Shown: positions 1-9,960 of the stretch, piece after piece
Position numbering within the stretch: the stretch's first letter is position 1
Layout: every line of letters begins with the position of its first letter
Assembly (NCBI GenBank): GCA_965153285.1
Contig: OZ229125.1
DNA length: 64,000 nucleotides
Reading direction: 5' to 3' (one strand)
DNA from: Podarcis tiliguerta
Taxonomy: Eukaryota
The notes under the pieces: generated by a model
What the model saw: the letters and a program-made list of their open reading frames with translations, nothing else
What the model was told of the DNA's origin: nothing
Databases searched by the model: none
Made by a program: the position numbers and the translations under genes

Positions 1-310
1 GGTGTAGGGGCTTTAGGAACCCAGTTTGGCTTTTTTGTGGCTAGAATGTCACCTGCTCTATAAGGGTAAAATTCATGCCTGTTGCTCTGAGTCTGGGCCC
101 CACTTGCTTTCGCCTTTGTCTTTAAACCGCTGTCATTTTTGTCTATTTCGGTTTTCAGTTCTTAATTATGTATTGTTGTTTTTATTGGTCTCAAATAGAT
201 TGGCTGTTTAAAAAATGAAGAAGTTTAGCTACCTTGAACCTTTTATGGAAGGGCAGGGTGCAAGTCCATGAAACGAATGCATTTCTTAAAAGTTGTGACC
301 CCTTCCTCAG

Positions 311-435
311 GTCAGATTGAGCTCTACACGCACCTGCCAGTCATGAGGCAACTTGTCGAACAGCTTCAGCAGTGGGAGTTCCGCGTCTGTGGCGTTTTTC
401 TTGTTGATTCTCAGTTTATGGTGGAATCCTTCAAG
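311..435 (+). CDS. GPN3: GPN3 internal coding exon
   Basis: ctcag|GTCAGATT...TTCAAG|gtaac; [11 protein letters not shown]...ESFK. Confidence 0.95.
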
Positions 436-3400
436 GTAACTTATAATTCTGCCCACCCCCAACAAGTGACAAATCTAGACACACACCCCTTTTTTCTTTT
501 TAGGGTCTTAACACAATTTGGCATCCAAATATGACTCTGAGGCAAATTAACCTGCTGTCTTAACCATCTGGCTGCTTGCTTTCTTGTATTGCTGTAGCAA
601 CTGGATTTCTGGACAGTGGAAGACATAAGACTTTGCGCTGGTTCAAGTGGAGCCCTAATCTCCATCCCCCCCCCCCCAACGCTGGGCCAGTGCTACAAAA
701 AGTCTTGCTGCACCATTCAGACCCCAGTTGATGAGAACATAAATAAGAGCAATGCAACTGGTTTTGCCTCAAGGCCTATCCTTTTCCCACAGTGGCTCAC
801 TAGATGCCTATGGGAAGGAAACTTGCGAGCAGGACCTGGGTGCAGCAGCCCTCTTCTCCATATGTGATTCCCAGCAACTGGAATCATAGAGTTGGAAGGG
901 GAGTCCCAACCCCCTGGAATATGCAGCTGCCCATATGGGGATTGAACCTGCAACCTTGGTGTTATCAGCACCACACTCTAACCCAGGGGTCAGCAACCTT
1001 TTTCAGCAGTGGGCCAGTCCACCGTCCCTCAGACCATGTGGTGGGCGGAACTATACTTTGAAAAAAAATATGAAAAAATTCCTATGCCCTACAAATAACC
1101 CAGAGATGCATTTTAAATAAAAGCACACATTCAACTCCTGTAAAAACACTGGGCAGGCCCCACAAATAACCCAGAGATGCATTTTAAATAAAAGGACACC
1201 TTCTATTCATGTAAAAACATGCTGATTTCCAGACCGTCCGCGGGCCGGATTGAGAAGGCGATTGGGCCGCATCCAGCCCATGGGCCTTAAGTTGCCTACC
1301 CCTGTTCTAACCGGCTGATCTATCCTGCCTCTGATATTGGACGTAGTACATAGCCTTATCTTCCGTGAATTTGCCCAACCCCATTTTAAAGCTGATAGCC
1401 ATTGCTTCCACTTTTGGGGAGTGAATGCCATAGTGTAACTATGTGTGAACCATTGTCGTCTTTTTTGTCTCCTAAATATTCCAGCACTGAGCGTCATTTG
1501 GTTCTGGTATTATGGGATAGTGTGGAACTTTTCTCTATCAGTTTTCTCCACATCATGCATAAGTCAGATGGGCAGGGTACAAATAATAGCATCATCATCA
1601 TCATTATTATTCTCTTACTTGCCTTTTCTCTAAATTGCAAAGTCCCAATTTTTGTAAGCTCCACCCCCTTGATCTTCCTGCTTGCCCTCTTCTTCACCCT
1701 TTCTAGCTCTACAATATCCCTCTCTTCATCTATCCCTTGCGACCTCCAGATGCCACCTATTTCACCCTGCTGAATGGCTGGCCTGAGACATCCCTGCAGC
1801 AGTGGTTAAACAGGTGGCATTTTCGGAACGGGGCACCTTTACATCTCTTCTCAAATTCCGCTCATTTTTGTGTGTTTCCCTCTCGCTAGTTTATTTCCGG
1901 AGCCATGGCTGCCCTGAGTGCAATGATATCGTTAGAGATTCCCCAAGTCAATGTCATGACAAAGATGGACTTGCTGAGCAAGAAAGCCAAAGCAGAAATT
2001 GAAAAGTAAGCATGTGGAAATGCGGACTTTTTGCCTCAATGTTGTGGGGCTGGATCTCATGTTTTATTATTTATGTAAATTACACACTGCCTCATATTTC
2101 AAAGAAAATCTCTCAGTGGTTTGTAACATCCTAAAAATGTCAGAAATAAAAGTCAAATACCAAAATACAGGGTAAAAATGAAATTTTACAGCAGCATAGA
2201 TGTCAGTTATGTAAAATATCCTCTTAAATAGCAGTATAAAATGAAACAAATAAGATATGGGGAACACAGTAACAACTAGCAGATCCAGAATACCACAGAG
2301 ACAACCACCCACCAAATACAGAAGACTCTGTTTGTAGGTAGCAGCAGCAGCACATTCAATTCTGCCACAATCTCAAAGCCTCCCTCGTCATGCTCTGGAC
2401 GAAATCCTGGCATGAGGCTCAGGCTGCCCTATTTACCACATGTTTGGCAGAAAAGCTAAGTGTTTAGGGTGACTCTTAACTGGAAAAAAATTAATGGTTA
2501 AGCGATGCAATAATAAAAAGGCAAAAGGAATGAGATGAGAAGGAGAAAAAAAGTACTGTATTTTTCCATGTATAAGACTAGGTTTTTTTCCTTAAAAATA
2601 ATGTCCAAAATTTGGGGGTGTCTTATAAAGAGGGGGCATCTCCCTCCATTTTCTTAAATTGGAGTCCCCCAAAATAGGGGTCATCTTATACATGGGGGTG
2701 TCTTATAAACAGAAAAATATGGTAATTCCCATCCCTTTTTGTATATAGCAAAGTTTATATAATTGAGACCTATCTGGGAAGGAAGGTACTGAGTGGCAGT
2801 TTCCAGTCCCAAGCAAGTTCAATTCTCGGCATCTCCCAGTCAGGCTGGGAATGGCCCCTGCCTGAAACCCTAGACAGACACTGCCAGTCAGTGTAGACAG
2901 TGCTAAGCTAAATGCACCAATGAGCCTGTCTTAGCATATGACAGCATATTCCTAACCTGTCACTACCAACTCCCATCAGCTCCACCTTTCAGAACTGACC
3001 AGGATAAAGTCAGCCACACTAGAAGACTTGAGTTCAGCTTCCAATGAAGGGAGGAAAATGCAATAGTGGAAAGGAGGGGTGAAGATATCCCCCCCCCCCC
3101 AAATAAAAATGATTTTTTAAAAAATAGTCTCGGAAGAGCAGAAAGGGCTAATTTCTTGCCTTCAGATGTAGTTGGATTAACTCCAGCTAACATAGCCAGT
3201 GGTTGGGAATGATGGGAGTTGGAGTCCAGCAGGCAACAGGTTAGCCACCTGGAGATATAGAGCATCTTTGTACATGTGGTAGAGGTTGACATCTGGTGCC
3301 ACTCACAAAACCTCCAGGGTTGGGTTCTTAGCCCTGTGACAGCTTGCAGTGGTTTGTGTACCTGATCCTGTGCACAGTTATTTGTGAGGGGAAACAGCCC

Positions 3401-5378
3401 TGTATTGCAGCTTAGGGCAGGGACGAACTTCTGGGATCTACTTACATGTTTGTGGTTGTTTGGTTCGTTTACTAGAATGCCAAGATCTGCTGAAGCAGAG
3501 CCATTTGTCAAAGATGTACAGTTGGAATCCAAGCAGATTGCTTGTGGTATCAGAACTGAGCTGAGCTCGCAGTTCCATCTCACACACATTCACACAAATC
3601 CACTCTTGACTAGCATTCTTCATTTCAGCTGCCTGATTTAGGTGGGGAAAGTTGTTCTGTTAGCTGCTGGGAGTTGTAAACACTTGCTGATAAACTGCAA
3701 ATCACCCAGAGATCTACCAAAAGCTCCTCATCAACTTCTTCCCCTGTGTCAGGGAACACAAACAGAAATTTTGGGGTGGGGAGTAACTAGTATAAGGCGC
3801 AGCTAATGGACAGTTAGTATGAAGATCTTCTCAAACTGCTGTGTTTTTTAACTTTTCAACCAACACCTTCCAGGTATCTGGACCCTGACATGTATTCTAC
3901 ACTGGAAGATTCTACAGATTTGCTCAAAAGCAAACGGTTTAAGAAGCTAACTCAGGCGATCTGTGGGTTGGTAAGTTGTGTTTTAAGATCCAGCAGTGGA
4001 GATTAGTACAGTTATAGCTTAAAATTGCCACCTGCAATAACCCAATGCAGTAGCTTCTAGTTGTTGTTTTTTCTAGTTCTTCCTTTGCAGCTCTGGCTTT
4101 AATTTAAGCTACAGCTACAATGGAAGATTCCTGTTTCACAATTTTCCTGTTTCATCCACACCAAGAAACTGTGGTTAACTCCCAGCTTCAGAACAAGCCA
4201 GGATCATAAACTGTGGTTTGAAGTTGGTTTGAGATCTGGTATTTTTGCATAGCCAGTAACCACAGTGTCCTGGTTTTGATGAAACAGGAAACTGTGGCTA
4301 ATTGGAGACTTCTGCACCAGATGCAGGTGTGGTGCAAAGGGAGGAGAGAAGAAGGTGGACATGCAGACACAAGGGTCATTCATAACCTGGCTTGATTCAC
4401 AGTACAGTTGTCGGTCCTTTGCCTATTAAAGCAGACTGTATCAGCATTAGCTGCCTCTCCCACTTGTAAAGCACTCTGGGGGCTGTTTTGCTTGAATTCG
4501 TTGCCACTCACTCTCTCCATATCTGTTTATTGCCTCTTTTTTAGATTGACGACTACAGCATGGTCCGTTTTTTGCCATTTGATCGCTCCGATGAGGAAAG
4601 CATTAATATTGTACTGCAGCACATAGACTTCTCCATTCAATATGGGGAGGATCTGGAGTTCAAAGAGCCAAAGGTATAAAGTTCCTAGGTCCTCCTGCAA
4701 CATTAGTTAGGCTTCAGCCAGCCTTGAACATTAAGGCCACAAATCTGCCCTTAACCATTGTGGCTAGCAGCCATTGATATGATCTCCCTCCAGTACTGGC
4801 CACGCCCAGGAGGGGTGACCTTTGTGTCAAGGTAGACCTCAGTCTGAGAAGGGTTAGCTGCTGTTCGGTTGCGGGGGTGTTAACCAGAATAACCCTGAAT
4901 TTGCCCCCTAAAAAGCATAGTCTCAAGCATGAAGTGCCATTTTGTTCAGTGGAGTTTATTCCCAGGTATGCATGTATAGGGTTGCCATGAAAGAAAGCTG
5001 GCCCAAATTGTGGGTGTTGCATCTTATTTTGGGGTCCATTCAGTATGTTCTCCATCTTCTTTAAATCTTGTCAAAGCGTAAGAGAGACAAAAGAAAAGAC
5101 AACCTATCACCATTTTCAGGTAGAAATATTTACTCTGGTGTCCTCACTGTGGATTATGGACCATAAAAAATTTTGTGTGTGTGTGTGTCGGGGTTTTTAT
5201 TTTCATGAGGAAAGATTACAACAGGGTTTCTTCCTTTTTTTGACAGTGTGTGTATCTTTTGCTGTCTTGAACTACTCAAAATGTTAAAGGTTTGTGTGTG
5301 TTTTCCCCCCAACAGGAAAATGAGGAAGATAAATCATCTGCTTTTGATGAATACTTCCAAGATCAAGTGGACGAATAA
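311..5378 (+). CDS. GPN3: GPN-loop GTPase 3, 3' part (last five coding exons; the 5' exons lie upstream of the window)
   Basis: Exons 311-435, 1890-2005, 3874-3970, 4545-4673 and 5316-5378, all AG/GT-bounded and phase-consistent. They translate [71 protein letters not shown]...YLDPDMYS...[11 protein letters not shown]...[32 protein letters not shown]. Synteny with ARPC3 agrees. Confidence 0.96.
883..1326 (-). mobile_element. tRNA-derived SINE with a CR1-like tail (Squam2-type), interrupted by a hAT MITE
   Basis: The minus strand has a tRNA-like head (...GGTTAGAG|TGTGGTGCTGATAACACCAAGGTTGCAGGTTCAATCCCC) and a CCTTCCAACTCTATG tail. A similar copy lies at 50473-50600. Confidence 0.7.
984..1304. 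mobile_element. Non-autonomous hAT DNA transposon (MITE) nested in a SINE
   Basis: TIRs CAGGGGTCAGCAAC / GTTGCCTACCCCTG; 8-bp TSD ctctaacc (976-983) / ttctaacc (1305-1312); internal direct repeat of about 45 bp near 1089 and 1160. Confidence 0.85.
1350..1720 (-). mobile_element. Degenerate CR1 LINE ORF2 fragment
   Basis: The minus strand reads [20 protein letters not shown], matching the CR1 ORF2 C-terminal motif D..LE.VQ.RA.K.I.GLE. Confidence 0.65.
1890..2005 (+). CDS. GPN3: GPN3 internal coding exon
   Basis: gctag|TTTATTTCC...GAAAA|gtaag; [38 protein letters not shown]. Confidence 0.95.
2556..2722. mobile_element. Tc1/mariner-superfamily (Tc2/pogo-like) MITE
   Basis: TA|CTGTATTTTTCCATGTATAAGAC ... 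GTCTTATAAACAGAAAAATATGG|TA; TA TSD; internal GTCTTATA repeats. Confidence 0.75.
3874..3970 (+). CDS. GPN3: GPN3 internal coding exon
   Basis: tccag|GTATCTG...GGGTTG|gtaag; [32 protein letters not shown]. Confidence 0.94.
4545..4673 (+). CDS. GPN3: GPN3 penultimate coding exon
   Basis: tttag|ATTGAC...CCAAAG|gtata; [43 protein letters not shown]. Confidence 0.95.
5316..5378 (+). CDS. GPN3: GPN3 last coding exon
   Basis: aacag|GAAAAT...GAATAA; [20 protein letters not shown]. Confidence 0.9.
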   Translation, partial: ENEEDKSSAFDEYFQDQVDE

Positions 5379-5618
5379 AGATTTAAGGGTTTATTTTGTA
5401 AAAAGAAAAAGGACTCTTCAGATTTTCTATGCATTGTGTTTTGAAAACCACAAACTGCTTGATAAATTTCGGGCAGCAATTGAAGTAGGGGCATTTCCCC
5501 CCATCGCAAAGCGTTTTAATATGTGTATGTGTGTGTAATACATTAAGTGTATATAATGCCGCTTCACACAGTTGTATTATTTGTAGAAGTGACTAGGCAA
5601 AGAAGGGGCATCATGAGA

Positions 5619-5624
5619 AATAAA
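5619..5624 (+). terminator. Candidate GPN3 polyadenylation signal (AATAAA); alternative signal at 5746-5751
   Basis: AATAAA about 240 nt after the stop, followed by T/GT-rich sequence. Confidence 0.55.
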
Positions 5625-6369
5625 TTATTGACTCTCTGCATTTCTTGGTTGCTTACTGAGCTACAAAAAAGATGGAGCATTTTCATTTTAGCCTTGTAAC
5701 CATTGATGGTGGTATTTACTTAAGCAACCGGAGCAAATATGTACAAATAAATTGGGAGTGTGTTTAATCTGAACTGAACTACAGTGCTGTGGTCCTGCTG
5801 CTCAGTGCTGCCTTTCTGTGCTTTGTGAAGGACAGCAGCTTTTAACAAAAGAATTCTCATGTGTATTCAGGTCATTCTCTCCATGGCCCATGCTGAAAAT
5901 TAAGACAGAACTTTCCCTCTCCTTAGTCTCCAGTAAAACAGGGGTGGAGGAAACTTGTTGCCCTACAAATTATGTTGGACTCCAACTCCCATCATCTCTG
6001 CCCATTGGTCATCCTGGCCGGGGCTCATGGGGGTTGGAATCCAGCAACATCTGGAGGACCGCAGATTTTCCATGCCTGCACTAAAAATTATTTCCCACAA
6101 TCCAGCAGAAGCAGTCCTTGCATTAACTATCTTTTTGCTTCTTCTGCATGCCTGGGCAGCAGGAATAAGTTGTTGCATCCTAGGCTATCTGGTGCACGCC
6201 TAGCTAGGCGTAAGTTCCATTGAACTCCATGGGGCTTCCTTTTGAGTAGACCCAGAAGGCTGCATTGTTACGTCAATAAAGAGGTCAGTGTAAAGTAGCA
6301 TCTTAGGCTGGACTCTGGAACAGGAAGGGCTGGGCTGAGATACGTCAGAAAAGCTGTAATGGCCTTCAG

Positions 6370-6825
6370 TAAGCCCCACTTTGCCAACCTCAAGGCACCT
6401 CCTTCCCCACTTATAAATGGGCGGGGAATAATAACAGTGCCCTACCTTACAGGGCGGGACGCGGGTGGCACTGTAGGTTAAACCACAGAGCCTAGGACTT
6501 GCTGATCAGAAGGTTGGCAGTTCAAATCCCCGCGACGGGGTGAGCTCGCGTCGCTCTGTCCCTGTTCCTGCCAACCTAGCTGTTCGAAAGCATGTCAAAG
6601 TACAAGTAGATAAATAGGTTTCGCTCCAGCATGAAGGTAAACAGCGTTTCTGTGCGCTGCTCTGGTTTGCCAGAAGTGGCTTAGTCCTGCTGGCCACATG
6701 ACCCGGAAGCTGTATGCCGGCTCCCTCTACCTTTACCTTTAAGCCCCACTTTGCCAACCTCAAGGCACCTCCTTCCCCACTTATAGATGGGCGGGAAATA
6801 ATAACAGTGCCCTACCTTGCAGGGC
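6370..6825 (+). repeat. 86-bp direct repeat (6370-6455 and 6740-6825) flanking the SINE
   Basis: The two copies differ at 3 of 86 positions. Confidence 0.92.
6456..6739 (+). mobile_element. Sauria SINE (Squam1) with an internal 3' deletion
   Basis: GGGACGCGGGTGGC head, B box GTTCAAATCC, ACCTTTACCTTT tail; lacks the roughly 75-bp segment present before the tail in the 7618 copy. Confidence 0.9.
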
Positions 6826-7617
6826 AGGCACGCCAACTCTTAGGGGTGAAGACAGTTTCAGGGTCCACCCCCCAGTATTTTTTAGGCATTTAGCTCTGCT
6901 CATGCGATGTCAGGGTGGCCATGCCATGATGTCATGATGTTGCACAGTGTCAACCCGCTTCAGAGGAAGACACCTCTGTTACAGGGTCACTGGATATATG
7001 GAGAGACCTTCCCCAGTTCAGGCGATGGTGCGACTCAAAGAGAACCTCTCTTTCAGATCTTAATGAGGAGACAGGCTCATGTGAGAGGAGCTGGTCCTTT
7101 GGAGGGGGACCCTGTGACCCTCCCTATCCTGCTGGACTACTGGCCGGGGCTGACACAAGCCCAACAACATCTTGAAGGCCACAGCCTCCTTGACCTTGCT
7201 TTAGATATCATGGGTCTAAGCAAGCAACCCCTTGTATGCAAGCTTCACTCAACTTGGTGGGACTTCCTTCTGAGTAGACCTGCACTGCCGGACCCCCATT
7301 CACACACCCTCTTGCTCTCCACCACCAGCCCACGTTCTCTGCTAGATTCCTTGCTCCTTTCCTCCTGGTGGACAAGGTCTGTGCGTGTTTAATTCAGATA
7401 AATATGAACAGAGCCAGCCCTACCATTAGACAGAGTGAGCTGGCAGGTGTTGGGAGTCACCCCAAACTTGTACAGCCTCAGGTGTGATGAAGGATGCTGT
7501 CCTTTCAAAATCATTTAAATAAGATCCAGCCACCAGTCTAGTTGGCTTCTGTACAAGGAATGGGGAGGACCAGCCCTGACTATAAGAAGTGTTTTGGTGA
7601 CAAGTACGGTGTGTAGA

Positions 7618-7976
7618 CAGAACGCGGGTGGCGCTGTGGGTTAAACCACAAAGCCTAGGACTTGCCGATCAGAAGGTCGGTGGTTTGAATCCCCGCGACG
7701 GGGTGAGCTCCCGTTGCTCAGTCCCTGCTCCTGCCAACCTAGCTGTTTAAATGCACATCAAAGTGCAAGTAGATAAATAGGTACCACTCTGGCAGGATGG
7801 TAAACGGCGTTTCCGTGAGCTGCTCTGGTTTCGCCAGCAGTGGCTTAGTCATGCTGGCCACATGACCCAGAAGCTGTACGCCGGCTTCCTCGGCCAATAA
7901 AGCGAGATGAGCGCTGCAACCCCAGAGTCGGTCACAACTGGACCTAATGGTCAGGGGTCCCTTTACCGTTACCTTT
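7618..7976 (+). mobile_element. Full-length Sauria SINE (Squam1)
   Basis: tRNA head, central region and GGGGTCCCTTTACCGTTACCTTT tail; TSD tacggtgtgtaga (7605-7617) / tatggtgcgtaga (7976-7988). Confidence 0.92.
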
Positions 7977-8401
7977 ATGGTGCGTAGAGCAGGGGTATCT
8001 GGTTTTGGATCCCTGCTCAGCAGTGAAGCTCAGGAGGTAGTGTCAACCTGGCCTACCTTGCAGGGTTCTTGTGAGGAGAAAATTGAGCAATATCACATAC
8101 ACTCCCCAAAGCTACTTAGAAAAAGGGTCTGGTGCCAATGTGAGAGATCAGGCGGTTGATCATGGGCTGTCCCTGGTTGATCCTGGTTGGTTACATGATC
8201 TCCAGCAATCGCCTCACCACCACCCTCAAAAAACTGGCTCACCCTCTCAAATACAGCTCAACAACTCTGGTCAATCCAATGGGTAGATCACTGCCAGTTT
8301 ATTTATAGTGGGAGTAGATCGCAGTCTCTTGGAAGCTGGACACCCCTGTGATAGATAAAGGGGGGCTAAGGCCTGCTTCCTCATGCACTAGCTCTTTGAT
8401 G

Positions 8402-9389
8402 CATAGCTGTCACTTTTCCCTTTTCTTGCAAGGAATCTGAAATATACTCAGAATCGCAAAGTGATTTCATGCTCTTTATTCAGCTCATAGTGGTGAGGAG
8501 GAATGAATGAAAGTCCCCTCAAAGTATCTGCTTTATATACCGTATTTTTCGCTCTATAGGACGCACTTTTCCCCCTCCAAAAATGAAGGGGAAATGTGTG
8601 TGCGTCCTATGGAGCGAATGCAGGCTTTGGCGGAAGCCTGGAGAGGGAGAGGCGTCGGTGCGCACCGACGCCTCCTGCTTCGCGCAGGTGTCGCCAAGCC
8701 TTGCGCGCCCGGGGAACTCCCCCCGGGAGCGCAAGGCTTGCGGGCGGCAGCCTGCAGCGCGGAGCACGGGGCGCCCTTTGGAGGACGCCTCCTGCTTCGC
8801 GCAGGTGTCGGCAAGCCTTGCGCGCCCGGGGGGAAGTCCCCACCGGGAGCGCGAGGCTTGCCGGCGGCAGCCTGCCGCCCGGCGCGTGGGGCGCCCTGAA
8901 GCAGAGCGCCCCTCGCGCCGGGCAGACATCGGCCAGCCCCACAAGCTTGGGGGACAGCGGGGAGGCGCAGCGCAGCCATCCCACTGTTCCCCGACCTGGT
9001 TTTGGGGGGGAAATAAAGGAAAAAAATTTTTCCTTTATTTCCCCCCCTAAAAAGTAAGTGCGTCCTATGGGACGGAGCGTCCTATGGAACGAAAAATACG
9101 GTACATTATTTACACAATGGGCTGCACATGATTGGCTAATTCCGGAATTCTACTGTAAGCCAATCAGGTTGTGGATTCACTTCTATCTGGAGCATGATTG
9201 GGTGGTTCCTGCCAACCAATCATACTGCTGCATTGTTCTAGGACCAATCAGACTGCTGCATTCTGAATCCTATTGTTCTAGGACCAATCAGACTGCTGCA
9301 GTTTGGATCCTATTCAACTCAGTACATAACAGAATCCTATTTGGAATAAGGGAATTTCCCTTAAAAAATGGGAAATGTTGACAGCTATG
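8402..9389. mobile_element. hAT MITE with CATAGCTGTCA TIRs, hosting a nested Tc2-like element
   Basis: CATAGCTGTCA (8402) ... TGACAGCTATG (9389); 8-bp TSD ctttgatg / ttttgatg. Confidence 0.85.
8540..9101. mobile_element. Young Tc1/mariner-superfamily (Tc2/pogo-like) MITE with a GC/CpG-rich interior
   Basis: TA|CCGTATTTTTCGCTCTATAGGACGC ... GCGTCCTATGGAACGAAAAATACGG|TA (TIRs match at 23/25); internal tandem duplication with a period of about 117 bp. Confidence 0.88.
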
Positions 9390-9739
9390 TTTTGATGGTC
9401 CAACTCTCTATGCCGCCTCAGAACTGTACATATTAAATCCTGTTTGCATTGCTGCAATGTACAGTTTTCTGTGTTGTTAAAGAAGAAGAAAGAAACAGCA
9501 AATGTTGATGTAAGCTTCTGTGGGAAAAACAAATGTGGAGCCTGACCTGCATGCACATTTACTCAGAAGTAGGCGCACCAGAAGACTTACACATTTCTTA
9601 GTCCTGAACTGGGTTTCTCAGAAGCAAGCTTAATTTAGTTCAGTGAGATTTAAAAGAGGTGGTTGCCTTTTTAATTCCTGCATTATTGTCAATCATTAAC
9701 AACCCCGCATACCGGGGAGTAAGCTGCATGGAATTCAAT

Positions 9740-9960
9740 AGGAATTGGCCTCTGCTGCCCCCTGCTGGCTCTCCGGGTCCCGCTGCCTTTGCCTCGCCCG
9801 CCTCTCACTTCCTGCCTGGGTGGAGCAGGAAGGGCTTTGCATTTTGCAAGATTTCGCTGCCTCGCTCGCTGGAAGGGCGCCTCTCCCCTCTCCTTCCTGG
9901 GTCGCTTTGCGTTGCTGCGCCCCAAATATGCCGGTAAGGGGAAAGATCCGCGTACCTTTT
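9740..9960 (+). promoter_or_regulatory. ARPC3 CpG-rich promoter, 5' UTR and first exon
   Basis: CpG-rich stretch with an ETS-like CACTTCCTG (~9806) leading to ATGCCG|gtaagg. Confidence 0.7.
9928..9933 (+). CDS. ARPC3: ARPC3 coding exon 1 (MP)
   Basis: ATGCCG|gtaagg in the CpG-rich region; supplies the MP before AYHS. Confidence 0.88.

Noticed and set aside
2963-3589. 208-aa minus-strand ORF in a GPN3 intron
   Set aside because: Crosses MITE sequence (the LDSNSHH-type translation recurs in other MITE copies); no homology recognised.
6456-7700. tRNA-like sequences with A and B boxes
   Set aside because: These are SINE heads that continue into the SINE body; no complete cloverleaf or Pol III terminator.
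8507-9057. Six overlapping 125-155 aa ORFs
   Set aside because: By-product of the GC-rich tandem repeat inside a MITE; no transposase motifs.
9232-9300. Short spaced direct repeats resembling a CRISPR array
   Set aside because: Two or three units inside a eukaryotic MITE; no unique spacers of constant length and no cas genes.
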